Source: Octopus vulgaris | Taxonomy: Eukaryota | Assembly: GCA_951406725.2 (NCBI GenBank) | Contig: OX597835.1 | Location: forward strand, 47,492,001-47,556,000 | Direction of reading: 5' to 3' | DNA length: 64,000 bases | Shown: positions 59,416-64,000 of the stretch, in pieces | How the letters are laid out: each line of letters opens with the position of its first letter | How positions within the stretch are numbered: position 1 is the first letter of the stretch | The notes under the pieces: model-generated | Seen by the model: the letters and a program-made list of their open reading frames with translations, nothing else | Told to the model about the DNA's origin: nothing | The model's database searches: none | Program-made: the position numbers and the translations under genes

Positions 59416-59595
59416 ACTGGTGTTGGTTTGTTTACGTCCCTGTAACTCACCGAGTCAGCAAAAAAGAATGAAAAAAACAAACACAACAAAGACAGAATAA
59501 CGATTGAATATGCACCAGACTTAAGAAATGATATGTGCTTGGGTCGATTTGTCAGATTAATAATCGTCAAGGTGGTGCTCCAGTAAGGCCGCAAT
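59416..59595 (+). mobile_element. SINE family 1, 3' half
   Basis: TTTACGTCCCTGTAACT...GGTGGTGCTCCAGTAAGGCCGCA. Confidence 0.75.
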
Positions 59596-59681
59596 ACGTA
59601 GTAGATAAAAGATAAAGATAATACGACGATAACAACGAAAGTAACAATGGCAACGATGTAAAGGGAAAACGGAAGACTTGT

Positions 59682-59930
59682 GGAGGCGCGTGGTTTAGTG
59701 GTTAGGGTGTTGGATCCATGATCGCATGATTGTAGTTTCGATTCCAGGACCGGGAGACGTGTTGTATTCTTGAACAAAATACTTCATTTCACGTTGCTCC
59801 AGTCCACTCAGCTGGCAAAAATGAGTTAACCCTGAGAGGAGCTGGCGTCCTGTTCCCGTAGGCAATATATACACCATGGAAACCTGGAAACTGGTCTTTA
59901 TGACTCGGCATGATTCAGGAAGGTAACTTT
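59682..59930 (+). mobile_element. SINE family 3
   Basis: GGAGGCGCGTGGTTTAGTGGTTAGGG head, GTTTCGATTCC, TATTCTTGAACAAAATACTTCATTTCACGTTGCTCCAG. Confidence 0.85.
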
Positions 59931-60747
59931 ACCCTCAGCATTTTACAGAGGGCTAGAAAGACTAACTACAAAGAAAAGGGCAATAATAAGCAACATCAAC
60001 AACAACGACAACAACAACAACCAGAATAATCCCAAACACCGATCACAGTGACAGCAACAAAATCAAAAAATGAAGAAACGATAACTACGTCAAGGAGACT
60101 AACTATATGGAAGGCCAATAAGGCAATAATCGAAACTACAACAGTGATGACAATGACAAACAGGGACTACGATAGCAACCAAAAAAAAACATAGAAAAAA
60201 AAAGGATACCAGAAGGAGAAAAAAAAAGAAAACAGAGATAAGGAGATGAAGGTGTAAAACGATATGGAAGACCAGTAAGAAGACAACAAGTACAACATCA
60301 GCATGAATAAAGAACAAGAAAAACAAGCAGAACAGCATTGCAGAAGAGAAGCGATAGATTGGCTCTCATCCAGAGAAGTGTTGGACATTTTGCAAAGGGT
60401 TGCGATCGGAGGATATACATATACATGCGTGTGTATATGTGTGTGTGTGTGTACATGTGCGTGTGTGTGTTTGTTATAATGACTTGATTGTTAGTGGTCA
60501 AAGAGTCTGTGGCGAAAATGGTAAGTGCTCCAATAAAACATGTCCATTAAGCGATGTAATCACCCCCTTTAGGTTTGGAATAAGTGAAACGATTTCACGG
60601 TTTCGGTGAAGAAACAGTTGCGTACAATAAACACTCTCAGTAAATATGTGCGCGGCGTGTGTGTATGTGTGTGTGTGTGTGTGTGTGTGTACCGGTGTGT
60701 GCGGGAATGTGTGTTTGTAGATATATAACAAATGCACACACATGCAT

Positions 60748-60820
<73 letters not shown>

Positions 60821-60829
60821 CTCTCTCTC

Positions 60830-60916
60830 TCTCACCCACACGCATATATTTCTATATATATATATATATGCGTATATACACACACAGATGCATGCATACA
60901 TACACACACACACACA

Positions 60917-60955
<39 letters not shown>

Positions 60956-61093
60956 TCTCTCTCTCTCTCTCTCGCTCTTACCCACGCTCTCTCTCTCTCT
61001 CACCCACTCTCTCACACACACGCATATATTTCTATATATATATGTATATATATATGCATATATACCCACACAGATGCATGCATACATACACAG

Positions 61094-61120
<27 letters not shown>
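60830..61120. repeat. 180-bp tandem duplication of microsatellite-rich DNA
   Basis: CGCATATATTTCTATATATA at 60841 and 61021, each followed by CACAGATGCATGCATACA. Confidence 0.8.
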
Positions 61121-61128
<8 letters not shown>

Positions 61129-61395
61129 CGTACGTACCCCCCCACATCTTTATATTCATTCATGAATGCGTGTCCATGAATAATATCTCACTTAAAACCC
61201 ACGCTCTCTCTTTCTCTCTCGTTCATACACAAGTACGACTACAGGGAGAGAGATATAGAGAGTGAAAAGGAATGAGAGAGAGAGAAAGAGAAGAAGAGTG
61301 AGTGAGGTGAACGAGAGCGGAGAGCAGAGAGAGAGAGAGAGGAGAGAGGAGAGGGAGAGAAAAGACATAGCAGTATGGAGTGTGAGTAGAGAGTG

Positions 61396-61499
<104 letters not shown>

Positions 61500-61502
61500 T
61501 AC

Positions 61503-61593
<91 letters not shown>

Positions 61594-62014
61594 CACATAT
61601 ATATATATACATATCTATATGTATATGTATATATATATATATATGCAAACCATAGCAAATATGAAAATGATATGGAAAAGTGTTATTTTTCTGGTGCGCG
61701 ACTTTTGTGCCCCCTACCTGTATGCATATGGTTTAAGAATGACAACACAAGTACCCAATACATACTGTAGAGTATGATTACTCTAGGCAATGTGCTACCT
61801 GTAGCTTCCAGGTTCCATTAAATGACGTCACATTGATGGAATTGAACTTTTACAATATGCCACTAAAATATGACTTCCATTGGTTATTTGACATAGATTG
61901 CTGATGGAATGGTTCCTCTTTAGGTAATATCATCGCTGTTATATGCGTGTGTGTGTGTAAGTATATATATATATGCATACATGCATATACATATATATAT
62001 ATATACACATATTC

Positions 62015-62121
<107 letters not shown>

Positions 62122-62166
62122 TATATATATATATGTTTATATATATATATGTTTATATATATATAT

Positions 62167-62211
<45 letters not shown>

Positions 62212-62215
<4 letters not shown>

Positions 62216-62418
62216 ACCGCGTGTGTGCCGTTGGCGATTTTTTTTCCTCTGTCTTCCCTTCTCTGGATCTTTCCTTTTCTTATGTTTCCGACGAAGAGCT
62301 CCGCTCGAGACGTTAACCCCTCCTTCTTTCCTTCTTTCCCGAGCGTCCAATAATACTATATTTGTTCCACGTCCTCGCGTTGTTGTGTTTTTTTTTGTGC
62401 TTTCATGTTTGGATTAAC
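62212..62418 (+). mobile_element. Hammerhead element family B, copy 2 (motif 62284-62318, GAAA mutated to GAGA)
   Basis: Paralogue of 52556-52760. Confidence 0.85.
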
Positions 62419-62512
62419 TATATATATATAAACATTAGGATAAAACATTAAGGTTAACGACTGTCAAACTTGGGGAATCAGAAAATCGGACATTTCATTC
62501 TTAATGATCTGA

Positions 62513-62614
<102 letters not shown>

Positions 62615-63427
62615 TTTTGTATTTCCAAATTCATAGATTTTCATAATTTCAGGTGCTGCCGTTGCCATTAGAGGGCTTAGTCTTATAAGACATCCCATCT
62701 TTCACTTTGCGAACTAGATAAATAGGGACCAAAATGTCGATATTATATGAAGAGTTTAGTTGGACACAGCAAGTCGTAAAGTGATTGACCAAAGAAAGAT
62801 ATTAAGCGTACCATACGCGTGATACTACATAGAGAAGTATATTTCGTGAAGGTGAACATTTCGTCGGACCCATGCAACACATAACGAAACAGATATAACC
62901 AATGGAAATAGCACCTTCTGAAGGATCTTCGCTTTACCCAAAGCAATGACGCTTCATGGAAATTGCAGACGTGAAACTCTTAACGAAGAATTAACAGCAG
63001 TGTCCATGTATCAATGCTTGAGAAATAAATCAGTGTCGCTAATGGCATCTGAATAAAATAGACAAATATTGTTATATCAAATGCCATACAACATAAATTC
63101 TTGATTTGTTTAAAGCATCTCCGCCACAAGAGGTTGTTGAAGAATTACCAAACTACAGTGGAGAAAAGCTAGAAGAGGAAATAACTCCAGTGGTCAAGAA
63201 TTATCCATTAATAAAAAGAATAGGTTAATTGTCTGGAGATAAGAAGACAAAGACGGACGCGTTTTTCTACCTCCATAGGCGTCATCAGTACAGCTATTGT
63301 CCTTTGTATGTATATATGTATGTATGTAGTGGCGTAAATACAATAAGCCACTAAAAATGATAACGTGTGAAGAACGCTTAAAAGAGGAGAGAGAGAGGGA
63401 GAGAGAAAGAGAGAGAGATAGAGAGTG

Positions 63428-63463
63428 CCTTAATGTTTTGGACGTTAGTCCTTCATCAGAAGA
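63428..63463 (-). ncRNA. Decayed minimal hammerhead (family F)
   Basis: CTT CTGATGA A GGAC TAAC GTCC AAAAC ATT AAG; two G>A changes away from GAAACGTT. Confidence 0.5.
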
Positions 63464-64000
63464 AAAATAGATAAGAGAAGTATAGGGAAATGATGAATGA
63501 GATTGTGAGTGTGGGTGTGAATACACGTGGAATGTAAATATAAGTGTGTGTATGGGGAGAGAGAGATGGAGAGAGAGAGAGAGAGAGAGAGCGAGAAATT
63601 GAGAGTAGCTAGGTAAACAGATGTACTAAAGTGATAAATATATTTAACATTATTCCAAAAAAGGTTTCCCCATATTTTCATTTGGATTCCTTGCAGTACT
63701 TAGGTAACTATAAACTTCCTAATCCATTATCAAGGATATTAAGCTTGAACATTCACATCTTGGGGATGCGGTCTGGGAGTCGGAAGGCTGAGTTCAGAGA
63801 TGTAGATGTTTCGTATAAGAGAGATATAAGGTGAATTGTGTGGCAGAGTAAGCAACAAGCAACTGAAATTATAGGCAAATTTGTTGTTGTTGTTTAGTGT
63901 TTGGTCAATCTTAGTCGATGAGGCCTTTGATGAAAGAAAAAAAAGGACAATCAAGCTTTGACCATCACGTCTATTTTTGAGGCTGTGTGTATTTAGAACG

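Noticed and set aside
62620-63250. Possible L1 ORF2 linker relic or splice acceptor near 62652
   Set aside because: Only a vague ELPNYSGEKLEEEIT resemblance and early stops

Overview
Eukaryotic, very AT-rich, microsatellite-saturated non-coding DNA. The repeat families and the TA/CA/ATT/TATG load strongly suggest an octopus genome (inference). No intact protein-coding gene is supported: almost every ORF in the track is a translated simple repeat. Recognisable content includes a full-length but dead ~1.29 kb mariner (18764-20050), a second mariner fragment, two MITEs, relics of CR1/L2-, L1/Tx1- and RLE (R4/Dong-like) LINEs, and many tRNA-type SINEs from three families. The most interesting signal is a set of 9-10 minimal type-I hammerhead-ribozyme motifs from at least five unrelated short element families, nearly all embedded in or abutting (TA)n tracts and some arranged as inverted duplications. 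In one case (52901-53357) a 127-bp inverted repeat begins exactly at the predicted cleavage site. One family shows stem I covariation between copies, and two families share a U4C core variant. These resemble Penelope-like pLTR or retrozyme-type elements. A separate dispersed ~230-bp element appears to be headed by an HDV-like ribozyme rather than a tRNA. All ribozyme calls are by-eye structure matches and need covariance-model and biochemical confirmation.
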